Assembly: GCA_050942825.1 (NCBI GenBank)
Contig: JBMNOA010000001.1
Span: 8,354-72,353 of the forward strand
Direction: 5' to 3'
Source of the DNA: Bacillota bacterium
GTDB lineage: Bacteria; Bacillota; Dehalobacteriia; UBA4068
Length of the DNA stretch: 64,000 bases
Below the pieces are notes generated by a model that was not told where the DNA came from, did no database searches, and saw only the letters and a list, made by a program, of their open reading frames with translations. Positions 53,411-62,147 of the stretch are shown here, one piece after another. Positions within the stretch are counted from its first letter, which is position 1. Each line of letters begins with the position of its first letter. A program made the translations under genes and the position numbers.

Positions 53411-54208
53411 TTATTTATCGCGATTCTTTTTGCGCTCGGTTTTTTCTTGCGGGGGTATGGGAGCCAATACATCAACTACAGGCTGCTTTCTCCTTAGATA
53501 TAATATAACAATACCGGCAACTATGCCAATTACAGAAACAAGCATAGCAGCGCGTATCGAGCCGATCATCAGGCTGTCTGTGCGAAGTCTTTCTATAAAG
53601 AATCGTGCAACGGAATAAAAGATGATATACAGAGAAAAGATCGTAGCCTTTTTATGCGGTTTATGCAAGAGCCTATATAAAACAACAAAAATAATGAAAT
53701 CTACTATACTTTCATAGAGAAAAGTGGGATGACGATAGGCACCGTCAATATACATTGCCCAGGGCAAATCCGTGGGATATCCGTAGGCCTCCTGATTAAA
53801 GAAATTGCCCCAACGGCCAATGGCCTGGCCCAAAGCTACAAATGGTACCGCTAAATCGGCCCATTGCCAAAAATCTATTTTACGTATATAATCATAGATT
53901 ACCACCAAAACGATTGCTGAAATTATTGCGCCATGAATAGCTAATCCGCCTTCCCAGATTCTGATTATCTCCTCCGGATGCTGGGAATAATATTCCCAAC
54001 TCATCAGCACATAATATAATCTGGAACAGATGATGGTCAGTGGCAATCCAATCAAAGCTATATTGACCGCTTCCTCCTGATTAAGATGTTGTCTTTTACA
54101 TTCCCGATAAGCCAAGCTACCCGCTATAAAAACAGCAGCGCTTATTAATATACCATACCATCGTATAGGAATATTCCCAATTTCAAAAGCAACTCCCGGA
54201 TCTGTCAT
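53411..54208 (-). CDS. lgt: Prolipoprotein diacylglyceryl transferase
   Basis: IRWYG, GGLAIHG, GRWGNFFNQEAYG, HPTFLYES. Confidence 0.97.
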   Translation of the reverse strand: MTDPGVAFEIGNIPIRWYGILISAAVFIAGSLAYRECKRQHLNQEEAVNIALIGLPLTIICSRLYYVLMSWEYYSQHPEEIIRIWEGGLAIHGAIISAIVLVVIYDYIRKIDFWQWADLAVPFVALGQAIGRWGNFFNQEAYGYPTDLPWAMYIDGAYRHPTFLYESIVDFIIFVVLYRLLHKPHKKATIFSLYIIFYSVARFFIERLRTDSLMIGSIRAAMLVSVIGIVAGIVILYLRRKQPVVDVLAPIPPQEKTERKKNRDK

Positions 54209-54371
54209 TTTTACAACTCCTTTAAATTAACCATTAAATTATATCACTATATCAGAATCTATTAAAGCATATTTTATCGGATAACACTTATCAAGTTGCT
54301 AGATCTTATTTGCTCATGATATAATAATGATTGTTGCTAAACTAACGTTATCAGCGAAAGCGAGTATATAA

Positions 54372-55259
54372 ATGCACTTCAACCCTGTGACAATAAAGGA
54401 CAAGGACCTTTTTAACAGCTACTTGACTAAAAGTAAATATCAACTGATCTCTTATAACTTTACCTCCTTCTTCCTCTGGAAAGATTGGGAATTTTTTACC
54501 TGGACAGAGCTAGAGAACGCTCTTTGCATCAAAAGCGATTTTTATAGCTGCGATGCTGTCCTGCCCCCGATATCGTCTGATTATAATGCTGTTTTATCGG
54601 CTACGGAACGGCTAATCCATTGGTATAAAAAGCGTGATGTTGCTTTTTTTTTGAAGGAAGTACCTCAAGACCTGCTCGATTTATATGAAAAGACCTGGCC
54701 AGGACGATTTAATGTCAAAGAGTGCCCTGAAGGAGCTAACTATATCTATAGACAAGAGGATTTAGCTTATTTACGAGGACGTAAATATAATAATAAACGT
54801 AATCATGTGTCTAATTTTCTTCGTGAGTATCCTGATTATCAATTTGTGACTTTAACCAAAGAGATAATTCCCTCTTGTAAAAATTATATACAAGATTGGT
54901 TTAAGCATCATCAAAAGACAGAGGATTTAGTCTGGGAAAGACATGGTATCATGCAGGGACTAGAGTTCTTTGATCATTTAGATTATACCGGAGCCTGCTT
55001 ATTAATCGATGGTCGAGTAGAAGCTTTGACCTTGGGTGAACCACTCAATGACAATACATTCGCTATTCATGTGGAAAAGGCTAATCCTCAATTCAAAGGC
55101 ATTTATGCGGCTATCAACCAATTTTTCAGTAGAGATTTTTGTAGCGGCTACACTTTTATCAACAGGGCAGAAGATATGGGCCTTGAAGGACTACGTAAAG
55201 CCAAAAGAAGTTATCATCCCTGCAAAATTGCAATGAAATATTATCTGACATTAAAATAA
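54372..55259 (+). CDS. DUF2156 / phosphatidylglycerol lysyltransferase C-domain-like soluble protein
   Basis: YIY...L..LRGRKYNNKRNH, IHVEKA, INRAEDMGLEGLRKAKRSYHP. Confidence 0.88.
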   Translation: MHFNPVTIKDKDLFNSYLTKSKYQLISYNFTSFFLWKDWEFFTWTELENALCIKSDFYSCDAVLPPISSDYNAVLSATERLIHWYKKRDVAFFLKEVPQDLLDLYEKTWPGRFNVKECPEGANYIYRQEDLAYLRGRKYNNKRNHVSNFLREYPDYQFVTLTKEIIPSCKNYIQDWFKHHQKTEDLVWERHGIMQGLEFFDHLDYTGACLLIDGRVEALTLGEPLNDNTFAIHVEKANPQFKGIYAAINQFFSRDFCSGYTFINRAEDMGLEGLRKAKRSYHPCKIAMKYYLTLK

Positions 55260-55272
55260 GGGGGGTTTTATC

Positions 55273-56442
55273 ATGGATTTTCGTATAGCTCAAGCAAATG
55301 ATACCTCAGCCGTAAAAGAATTATGGGCTTATTCTTTTGAAAGCTATGAACCTTATTATAGCTGGTATTTCGATAATATATACCAACCGGACCAAACTCT
55401 TTGCTGCTTTGATGGTAATATTTTGGCAGCATCCTTGCAACTAGCCCCATATAAAATGATGCTAAGAGGTAAACCGGTCACGGTTTGTTATATAGTCGGT
55501 GTTATCACCGCAGCTCCTTACCGTTCACAGGGAGTGGCAGCTAAACTAATGAAATTTGCCTATGACCACCTACGTCAAAAAGGCATAGCCTTATCTATAT
55601 TATTACCCGCCAGCCCAGAATTTTACCGTAAAACATCTTTTGCCTACATTTATGAAGAACATCGTTTCGACATAGCCTTAAAAGATTTGTCACTGATAGC
55701 TGTACCTTTTGGCCGTTGGCAAAGGGGAAGTATCGATTCCATAGATTTTCTGGATCTGGTATATCGCCAAATGACAGCCGGCAAAAACGGTTATATTATA
55801 CGCACCAAGCAAAATTGGCACAACTATCTACAAGAACACGTTGGAGATGGCGGAAAAATAGCTCTATTGCAATCAAATGCAGGCCAAGCAGCAGGCTATT
55901 TACTCTATACTTTGAAAGACAAGTACTTTCATATCAATGAATTAGGATATTTCAGCCCACAAGCGCAAAAATCAGCCTTTCACTTTGCTTTAGGACATCA
56001 AAACGAAGCACAACGATTTTCTTGGTCAGCACCTATAGATGATTGTGCCTACTTGCAATTGCCACAACAAGATGGCATCTCTGCTAGGCCATTTGTGATG
56101 GGGCGTATCATAGATCCCATAATGGCTCTGAAATCTATCAGCTACCCGACACATGCCAGAGGTTCTCTAATACTGGAAATACAGGATCAACAAATAGCAG
56201 ACAATAATCTCAAACTGCTTATCAAGGTAGCCGATCAGGCTATGTGCATAGAAAATTTAGAAAAATCAACTCCCGCCCATGTTACTATAGATATATCAGC
56301 TCTCACTACATTGTTGTGGGGGCGTTTATCGGTAAAACAATTGGTCGAACAAATGGGTTCAGTATCTGGATTTGAGATACCGTTGAAATTTCTTTCCACT
56401 CTCTTTCCCCGCTGCGATAATTGGATCAATGAACATAGTTAA
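55273..56442 (+). CDS. Eis-like GNAT acetyltransferase with SCP2 C-terminal domain
   Basis: YIVGV...YRSQGVA, FYRK, PFVMGRIID, IDISALTTLLWG. Confidence 0.85.
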   Translation: MDFRIAQANDTSAVKELWAYSFESYEPYYSWYFDNIYQPDQTLCCFDGNILAASLQLAPYKMMLRGKPVTVCYIVGVITAAPYRSQGVAAKLMKFAYDHLRQKGIALSILLPASPEFYRKTSFAYIYEEHRFDIALKDLSLIAVPFGRWQRGSIDSIDFLDLVYRQMTAGKNGYIIRTKQNWHNYLQEHVGDGGKIALLQSNAGQAAGYLLYTLKDKYFHINELGYFSPQAQKSAFHFALGHQNEAQRFSWSAPIDDCAYLQLPQQDGISARPFVMGRIIDPIMALKSISYPTHARGSLILEIQDQQIADNNLKLLIKVADQAMCIENLEKSTPAHVTIDISALTTLLWGRLSVKQLVEQMGSVSGFEIPLKFLSTLFPRCDNWINEHS

Positions 56443-56445
56443 TTC

Positions 56446-56473
56446 AAAAAAAGTTGCTTAAAGCAACTTTTTT
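56446..56473. terminator. Bidirectional terminator
   Basis: AAAAAAGTTGCT-TAA-AGCAACTTTTTT. Confidence 0.85.
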
Positions 56474-57237
56474 CATATATCAAGCTCTATCCCTACCGGA
56501 CAATGATCGGAACCTGTGATCTCAGGCAGTATAAAAGCAGATTTGATACGGCTTTGTAATTCTTTAGCGGCAAAGAAATAGTCAATGCGCCAGCCGGTAT
56601 TGCGTTCTCTGGCACGCGTTTTCAAATCCCACCAGCTATAAAAACCCCCCTGCTCATAAAAAAGACGGAAGGTATCCACAAAACCGGCCGCTAGAAATCT
56701 TTCTATCCAAGCCCTTTCTATAGGCATAAAACCGGAATTATTAAGATTTTCTCGTGGCCTGGCCAGATCTCGTTCCTGATGGGCGGTATTGAAATCGCCG
56801 CACAGCAAGACAGGCCGTTTTATTGAAAGAACAAATTCCTGTATAGCCTCACAAAAATCCAATTTATATTGCAGACGCTCATCATTTCTGCCACCATTAG
56901 GGAAATAAGCATTTACTAGGCAAAATTCTTGATAATCAAGGGTCAATGTTCGTCCTTCTGCATCAAAACGCTCGATGCCTATACCATAACGGACATTTTC
57001 CGGCTTCCGTTTGCTATATATGGCAACTCCACTATAGCCCGCTCGCTGGGCGGGGTAGAGATAAGCTTGCCAGCCTTCAGGTTTCAGCAGATCATCTTGC
57101 AATTGCTCCTTTTTGGTTTTGATTTCCTGCAAACAGATTATATCGGGATTTAAGCTTTGCATGTGCTGCCAAAAACCCTTTTTAGCGGCAGCACGTAAAC
57201 CATTAACGTTCCATGATAATAATTTAAGGCTGCTCAT
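56473..57237 (-). CDS. xth: Exodeoxyribonuclease III / AP endonuclease
   Basis: SWNVNGLRA, LQEIK, GDFNTAH, GWRIDY, SDHCP. Confidence 0.96.
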   Translation of the reverse strand: MSSLKLLSWNVNGLRAAAKKGFWQHMQSLNPDIICLQEIKTKKEQLQDDLLKPEGWQAYLYPAQRAGYSGVAIYSKRKPENVRYGIGIERFDAEGRTLTLDYQEFCLVNAYFPNGGRNDERLQYKLDFCEAIQEFVLSIKRPVLLCGDFNTAHQERDLARPRENLNNSGFMPIERAWIERFLAAGFVDTFRLFYEQGGFYSWWDLKTRARERNTGWRIDYFFAAKELQSRIKSAFILPEITGSDHCPVGIELDI

Positions 57238-58513
57238 TGACTCTCTCCTCATCCAATTTATCATTATATAAACCATCAAAAATATCGGGTTCCTGTTCCT
57301 GATCAACCAGCGGCAACTGACTGACTTGTTTAAGCTTTCTTTCTATAGTACGTGTTTTACGGGCGGCATTATCTATGGTATTGCTGGCCTCCTGTAATTT
57401 CTTTTGTGTTTTGTCTAACAATCGGCCAAAATCACTAAAGCCCGTTTTTACCGTGCCCAACAATTGCCACACTTCATCGGCACGCCTTTCGATGGCTAAA
57501 GTGCGAAAACCCATTTGCAGACTGTTCAACAAAGCCGCTATCGTCACCGGGCCGGCCAACATGATGCGATATTTTTGCTGGATCATGTCACTTAATCCCG
57601 GACGGCGCAAAAGCTCTGAATACAAGCCCTCCAAAGGCAAAAAGATGATGGCAAAATCTGTGGTATAGGGAGGAAAAAGATATTTGTCATGTACATCTTG
57701 AGCAAAGGATTTAATCCTGGTCTCCAGACTTTTGCCCAGAGCCTGTGCCATTAGCAAATTACCCTCCTCTTGGGCTTGCAACAACGATTGATAATCCTCC
57801 AAGGGGAATTTTGCATCTATAGGCAGCCAAACACATTTGTTCTCTTCTTTGCCGGGTAATTTTACAGCATATTCTACTCTGTTGGCGGTGGCAGAAGGGT
57901 TAACCGCAACGTTATACTCATACTGTCCGGGAGCCAGTATTTGCTCCAAAATATTTCCTAACTGCACCTCTCCCCAGGTTCCGCGAGTTTTGATGTTTGA
58001 TAATACTTTTTTTAAATCACCGACACCTGCGGCTAAGTTCTGCATTTCTCCCAAACCTCTATGTACCAATTCCAATCTTTCGCTGACCTGTTTAAACGAT
58101 TCACCCAAGCGTCTTTCTAAACTTTGATGAAGCTTTTCATCAACAGTCAGACGCATTTGTTCCAGTTTTTTATCATTATCAGTTTGTATCTGCGTTAATT
58201 TTACATCTACGGTTTGACGAATTTCTTCCATGCGTTGATTATTACTTTCCGATAAAGCCAACAACCTTTGGTCTATGGTTTGGCGTAAATTCTCGTTTTT
58301 TTGCTCATTATTTTCGCTCATGCTCATTACCTGACGTAATAAAACCTCAGCATTTTCCTGATTACTTTGCCGCATTTCCTGCCGCAAAAAAAACAATTCT
58401 TCTTTAAGACGGCTTTCCGCTTTTGACAAATCCTTATTTTCACGCCGACTAAAAATGGATATTAAACCAATGATAATGGCAATTATTAATAATATTATTA
58501 CTAACCAGTCCAT
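57224..58513 (-). CDS. rmuC: DNA recombination protein RmuC
   Basis: KTRGTWGEVQL, LPIDAKFPLE, TTDFAI.FLP.EGLY. Confidence 0.95.
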   Translation of the reverse strand: MDWLVIILLIIAIIIGLISIFSRRENKDLSKAESRLKEELFFLRQEMRQSNQENAEVLLRQVMSMSENNEQKNENLRQTIDQRLLALSESNNQRMEEIRQTVDVKLTQIQTDNDKKLEQMRLTVDEKLHQSLERRLGESFKQVSERLELVHRGLGEMQNLAAGVGDLKKVLSNIKTRGTWGEVQLGNILEQILAPGQYEYNVAVNPSATANRVEYAVKLPGKEENKCVWLPIDAKFPLEDYQSLLQAQEEGNLLMAQALGKSLETRIKSFAQDVHDKYLFPPYTTDFAIIFLPLEGLYSELLRRPGLSDMIQQKYRIMLAGPVTIAALLNSLQMGFRTLAIERRADEVWQLLGTVKTGFSDFGRLLDKTQKKLQEASNTIDNAARKTRTIERKLKQVSQLPLVDQEQEPDIFDGLYNDKLDEERVNEQP

Positions 58514-58625
58514 AATTACCTCCTAATTTGCTTACCTTCTATTATTCTGCCTCAAAATATTTTTACCTGCCAGCAGGAATATTAAGATCATAAGCAAAAC
58601 ATAATTAAAAAAAGGAGGGGCATCT

Positions 58626-59090
58626 ATGTTAGAAGAACTCATTTCATCGGGTTTTGGTGAGGATGAAGATTATAATTGCGCCGAAAAGATCTTTTATGGA
58701 GCTAATATAGCCTATGGATTGCAGATGGATAATAGGTATGGACATCTTTTAGCCTCTTATGGAGGTGGTATGGGAGTAGAGCATCTTTGCGGGGCGGTGG
58801 CGGCTGGCGTTGCAATTTTGGGTTATATGTTTATCGAAAATATAGCCCATGAAGGTGAAACCATTAAGAGATTAACGGGTGAATTTATCGAGCGCTACCG
58901 GGAAGAGATGGGAGATATCCTTTGCAAACCGCTGAAAGATTCCTACCGCACTGATGAGACACAATGTTTTGATGTGATAGTAAAAGCTGCTGAAATACTT
59001 GATGATATAGTCCTTAGAGAAAGAAATTATATAACGAAACCTATGAGTTTAAATAATAAAAAAACATCTGTTTTCACAGATGTTTTTTAG
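58626..59090 (+). CDS. C-GCAxxG-C-C family redox protein
   Basis: YNCAE, GGGMG..LCGAVAAG, later Cys residues. Confidence 0.85.
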   Translation: MLEELISSGFGEDEDYNCAEKIFYGANIAYGLQMDNRYGHLLASYGGGMGVEHLCGAVAAGVAILGYMFIENIAHEGETIKRLTGEFIERYREEMGDILCKPLKDSYRTDETQCFDVIVKAAEILDDIVLRERNYITKPMSLNNKKTSVFTDVF

Positions 59091-59976
59091 TGTTTATTAT
59101 TTGGCAAGCGGTATTGGCTAATAGAGCGAATTCCGCTAAAGATAGAGTTTCACCTCTACGCCCACCATCGATAGCTGTCAATTCAAAGCAACTATACCAA
59201 AACTCCTTATCACCTACACAAGTACCGTTGGCTAAGGAATTAGCCAGGGTTTTTCGCCGTTGAGCAAATGCCGAGGCAATAATGGCAAAAAGGAGTGCCT
59301 CGTCTTTAACATCTACAGGCGGTTTTTGCCAACGCTTGAGCCGTATTACAGAAGAATCGACCTCCGGTCTGGGTATAAAAGAAACAGGAGAAACATCAAT
59401 TATCTTCTCTACTTTGGCCCTATATTGCACAGCTAAGGACAAAGCTCCATAGTCTTTATTGGCAGGAGCAGCCATGATTCTATTGACAACTTCTTTTTGC
59501 ATCATCAAAACCAAAGTTTGCCAATCACCGCCTTTTTCTAAAAAATACATCAGCAAGGGTGTAGTGATATAATAAGGCAAATTTGCAACTAATTTATATT
59601 TATTAAAACCTTTGGCTGCTGAATGCCCTTTAAAATCTAATGTCAAGGCATCTTGATTAAGAACTTCCACATGATCAGCATCGGAAAAATAATAAGTCAA
59701 AAATTTATATAAAAGCGGATCTATCTCTACTAAAGTCAAGCAAGCGGCCTCCTGCGCCAACAATTGACTCATGCCACCTATACCTGGGCCCACTTCAAAA
59801 ACATGGTCAGAGGGCTCTATATCAGCGGCGGCAACTATCTTTTTTGCTACAGAAGGCTCTACCAAAAAATTCTGCCCCCAACTCTTTTTTATCGGTAAAT
59901 TTATCTCCTTGATTATTTTTTTGGTCATAGATGGCGTAGCTGTTAATTCATGCCCATCAGCACAAAACTTTTTCAT
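59074..59976 (-). CDS. rsmA: 16S rRNA m6,2A dimethyltransferase
   Basis: KKSWGQNFL, EVGPGIG, ANLPYYITTP, F.QRRKTL. Confidence 0.97.
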   Translation of the reverse strand: MKKFCADGHELTATPSMTKKIIKEINLPIKKSWGQNFLVEPSVAKKIVAAADIEPSDHVFEVGPGIGGMSQLLAQEAACLTLVEIDPLLYKFLTYYFSDADHVEVLNQDALTLDFKGHSAAKGFNKYKLVANLPYYITTPLLMYFLEKGGDWQTLVLMMQKEVVNRIMAAPANKDYGALSLAVQYRAKVEKIIDVSPVSFIPRPEVDSSVIRLKRWQKPPVDVKDEALLFAIIASAFAQRRKTLANSLANGTCVGDKEFWYSCFELTAIDGGRRGETLSLAEFALLANTACQIINTKKHL

Positions 59977-60039
59977 ATGATATTATTCTCCTGTATAATA
60001 GTGTAATTATAGAAATAAAAAAGCCCTAAAATGGCTTTT

Positions 60040-61095
60040 TTATTTCAGGATATAAATTTTTACTTTTTTTACGCCCCAATTTATACAAGCCGCCCGAGAA
60101 TTCATATAAAGATCGATTTTATTACCTTTTATAGCGCTGCCTGTATCCTCAGCTGTTGCATAGCCATAGCCTTCAACATATACTTTTGTGCCGAGCGGGA
60201 TTACGGAAGGATCGACAGCTATCACACCTACTCTGGCTTTGGTGCCTGTAGCGGTTGTACCTCCACCGGTATAAGCATAAGCCGTAACATACTTTACTTC
60301 TTTACCTGCAAGGGATGGATTTGTACTTTTATTAGCTATAGAGGATTTAGCCGCTGTAGCAGTCGTCCGGCTTGAACGACTGGCTACTTTCATAGCTCCT
60401 TGAGCTACTACTTTGGCTTGTGCTTCTTGTAGAACCTTAGATTCTGTTACTTTCCTGGTCAATTCCTGGCCATCCTTGGTATAGATAGCCAATACTTCTT
60501 CTTTTAGTCCATTTTTACCTTCTTGGATAACTTTTGTTTTACCTTGAGCCAAAGAGCTGTCTCTTTTTACCTCTACCGGAGCAGTAATTGCAACCTGCCT
60601 GGTAATATATTGAACATCCACTCTGGAAACAATAATATCCTCAGGTTTAGAGATGATTTTATCTAAAGGCATGGACACCTGATCCATCTCCTCCAGGGTT
60701 AGATTTGCCTTAGCCAAAGCTTCCTGCACCGATAGCGGGGTACTGCGTAAAATCATTTTTTTACCATCTGCAAAAACATTAAAATCAAAGGCACGAACGA
60801 TTTTTATGGTATCCTGATTCTTGACCCGGGACGACAAATCCGGCTCCACAAGGTCTCCTTCATAGATGGCAATATTGTTTTCTTGTAGGATATCTGCTAC
60901 TTTTGTATTATGGGTTACTACTTGTTGCGCTTGTCCGTTAACATCGAGCGTAATCTCTCTTTCCATCAACAGAAAGGCTGCTGCTGATACACAAAAAACA
61001 AAACAAATTGCCCAAATTATCACTATCTTATACTCAAATAGTTTTCGCCATCCGGAAGGGTTGGGGCTTTTAACGGCCTTTCCCCTAATATCCAT
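60040..61095 (-). CDS. YabE-like DUF348/G5/3D domain cell-wall protein
   Basis: TM anchor, ubiquitin-like repeats, G5, 3D domain (IAVDPSVIPLGT, AEDTGSAIKGNKIDLY). Confidence 0.9.
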   Translation of the reverse strand: MDIRGKAVKSPNPSGWRKLFEYKIVIIWAICFVFCVSAAAFLLMEREITLDVNGQAQQVVTHNTKVADILQENNIAIYEGDLVEPDLSSRVKNQDTIKIVRAFDFNVFADGKKMILRSTPLSVQEALAKANLTLEEMDQVSMPLDKIISKPEDIIVSRVDVQYITRQVAITAPVEVKRDSSLAQGKTKVIQEGKNGLKEEVLAIYTKDGQELTRKVTESKVLQEAQAKVVAQGAMKVASRSSRTTATAAKSSIANKSTNPSLAGKEVKYVTAYAYTGGGTTATGTKARVGVIAVDPSVIPLGTKVYVEGYGYATAEDTGSAIKGNKIDLYMNSRAACINWGVKKVKIYILK

Positions 61096-61279
61096 AGGTT
61101 ACCTCCTTATTTGCCCCACGGCTTTGTTATAGTCCTATACTATTGGCCAAGGAGCTGTTTTATGCCACAAAAACATTTTGTGCGTGTATATTCTAACCCA
61201 AAAAATATACAAATGTCAAATAAGCATGGCCTATAGAGGCTTTTTATAATTTTGGAATAAAGAGGTTTTTTTGAATTTT

Positions 61280-62053
61280 TTATGATTGGATAGAAAATAT
61301 TTTACAAGCATTTGCTGTTGTCACCTGTTCGACCTCTTTTATATCTATGTTTTTGATTTCGGCGATTTTAGCTACCACCAAAGCCACTCTTGCCGGTTCA
61401 TTGGTTTTACCACGATAGGGATGGGGACTGAGATAAGGACAGTCTGTTTCTACTAATAAATGTTCCAGCGGAATTTCCTTAGCCACCTGATGCAAATTCC
61501 TGGCATTATGAAAAGTAACAGGCCCCGCTAAAGAGATATGAAACCCAAGCTTTATACATTCTCTGGCTATTTCCACACTTCCAGAAAAACAATGCAAAAC
61601 TCCCCCGTTGAGACCTGCTTTTTCCTGACGTAATATTTTCATCATATCACCATGGGTCTCTCTATTGTGTATTACTATAGGTTTCCTTAATTGCTTGGCT
61701 AAGTCTATTTGTGAGATAAAAGCCTTTTTTTGCTCCTCTGGGCTGGAGATATCTCGATAATAATCCAAACCTATTTCTCCGATAGCTACCACCTGCGGTT
61801 CAGACGCTAAAGCAGAGAGCCTTTTAGACAGAGCATTATCCCATAATTTGGCATCGTAAGGATGGATACCGACTATGGCATAGATCCTTTGTGGATATTT
61901 TTCCGCCAATCGTACACTCATCAAAGAAGAGGCCCAGTTATATCCTACAGCGGCCATCTTCTCTACACCGGCTTTTTCGGCTCTGGCTAATACATTATCC
62001 AAATCATTATATAATTCAGCATCGTTAAGATGCGTGTGAGTATCAAAAAGCAT
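61280..62053 (-). CDS. tatD: TatD-family DNase
   Basis: FDTHTH, AIGEIGLDY, HCFSG, ETDCPYL. Confidence 0.95.
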   Translation of the reverse strand: MLFDTHTHLNDAELYNDLDNVLARAEKAGVEKMAAVGYNWASSLMSVRLAEKYPQRIYAIVGIHPYDAKLWDNALSKRLSALASEPQVVAIGEIGLDYYRDISSPEEQKKAFISQIDLAKQLRKPIVIHNRETHGDMMKILRQEKAGLNGGVLHCFSGSVEIARECIKLGFHISLAGPVTFHNARNLHQVAKEIPLEHLLVETDCPYLSPHPYRGKTNEPARVALVVAKIAEIKNIDIKEVEQVTTANACKIFSIQS

Positions 62054-62147
62054 GTTTACCTCCAATAAAGATTATAACAATATCAAAAGAATGTTAGCCA
62101 GTTGTACTGACAACATTCTTTTTTTAATAAAGCAACTTTGTTTTGAA

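Noticed and set aside
58626-59090. Selenoprotein read-through in the C-GCAxxG-C-C protein
   Set aside because: The ORF is continuous with Cys at the motif positions and has no in-frame TGA
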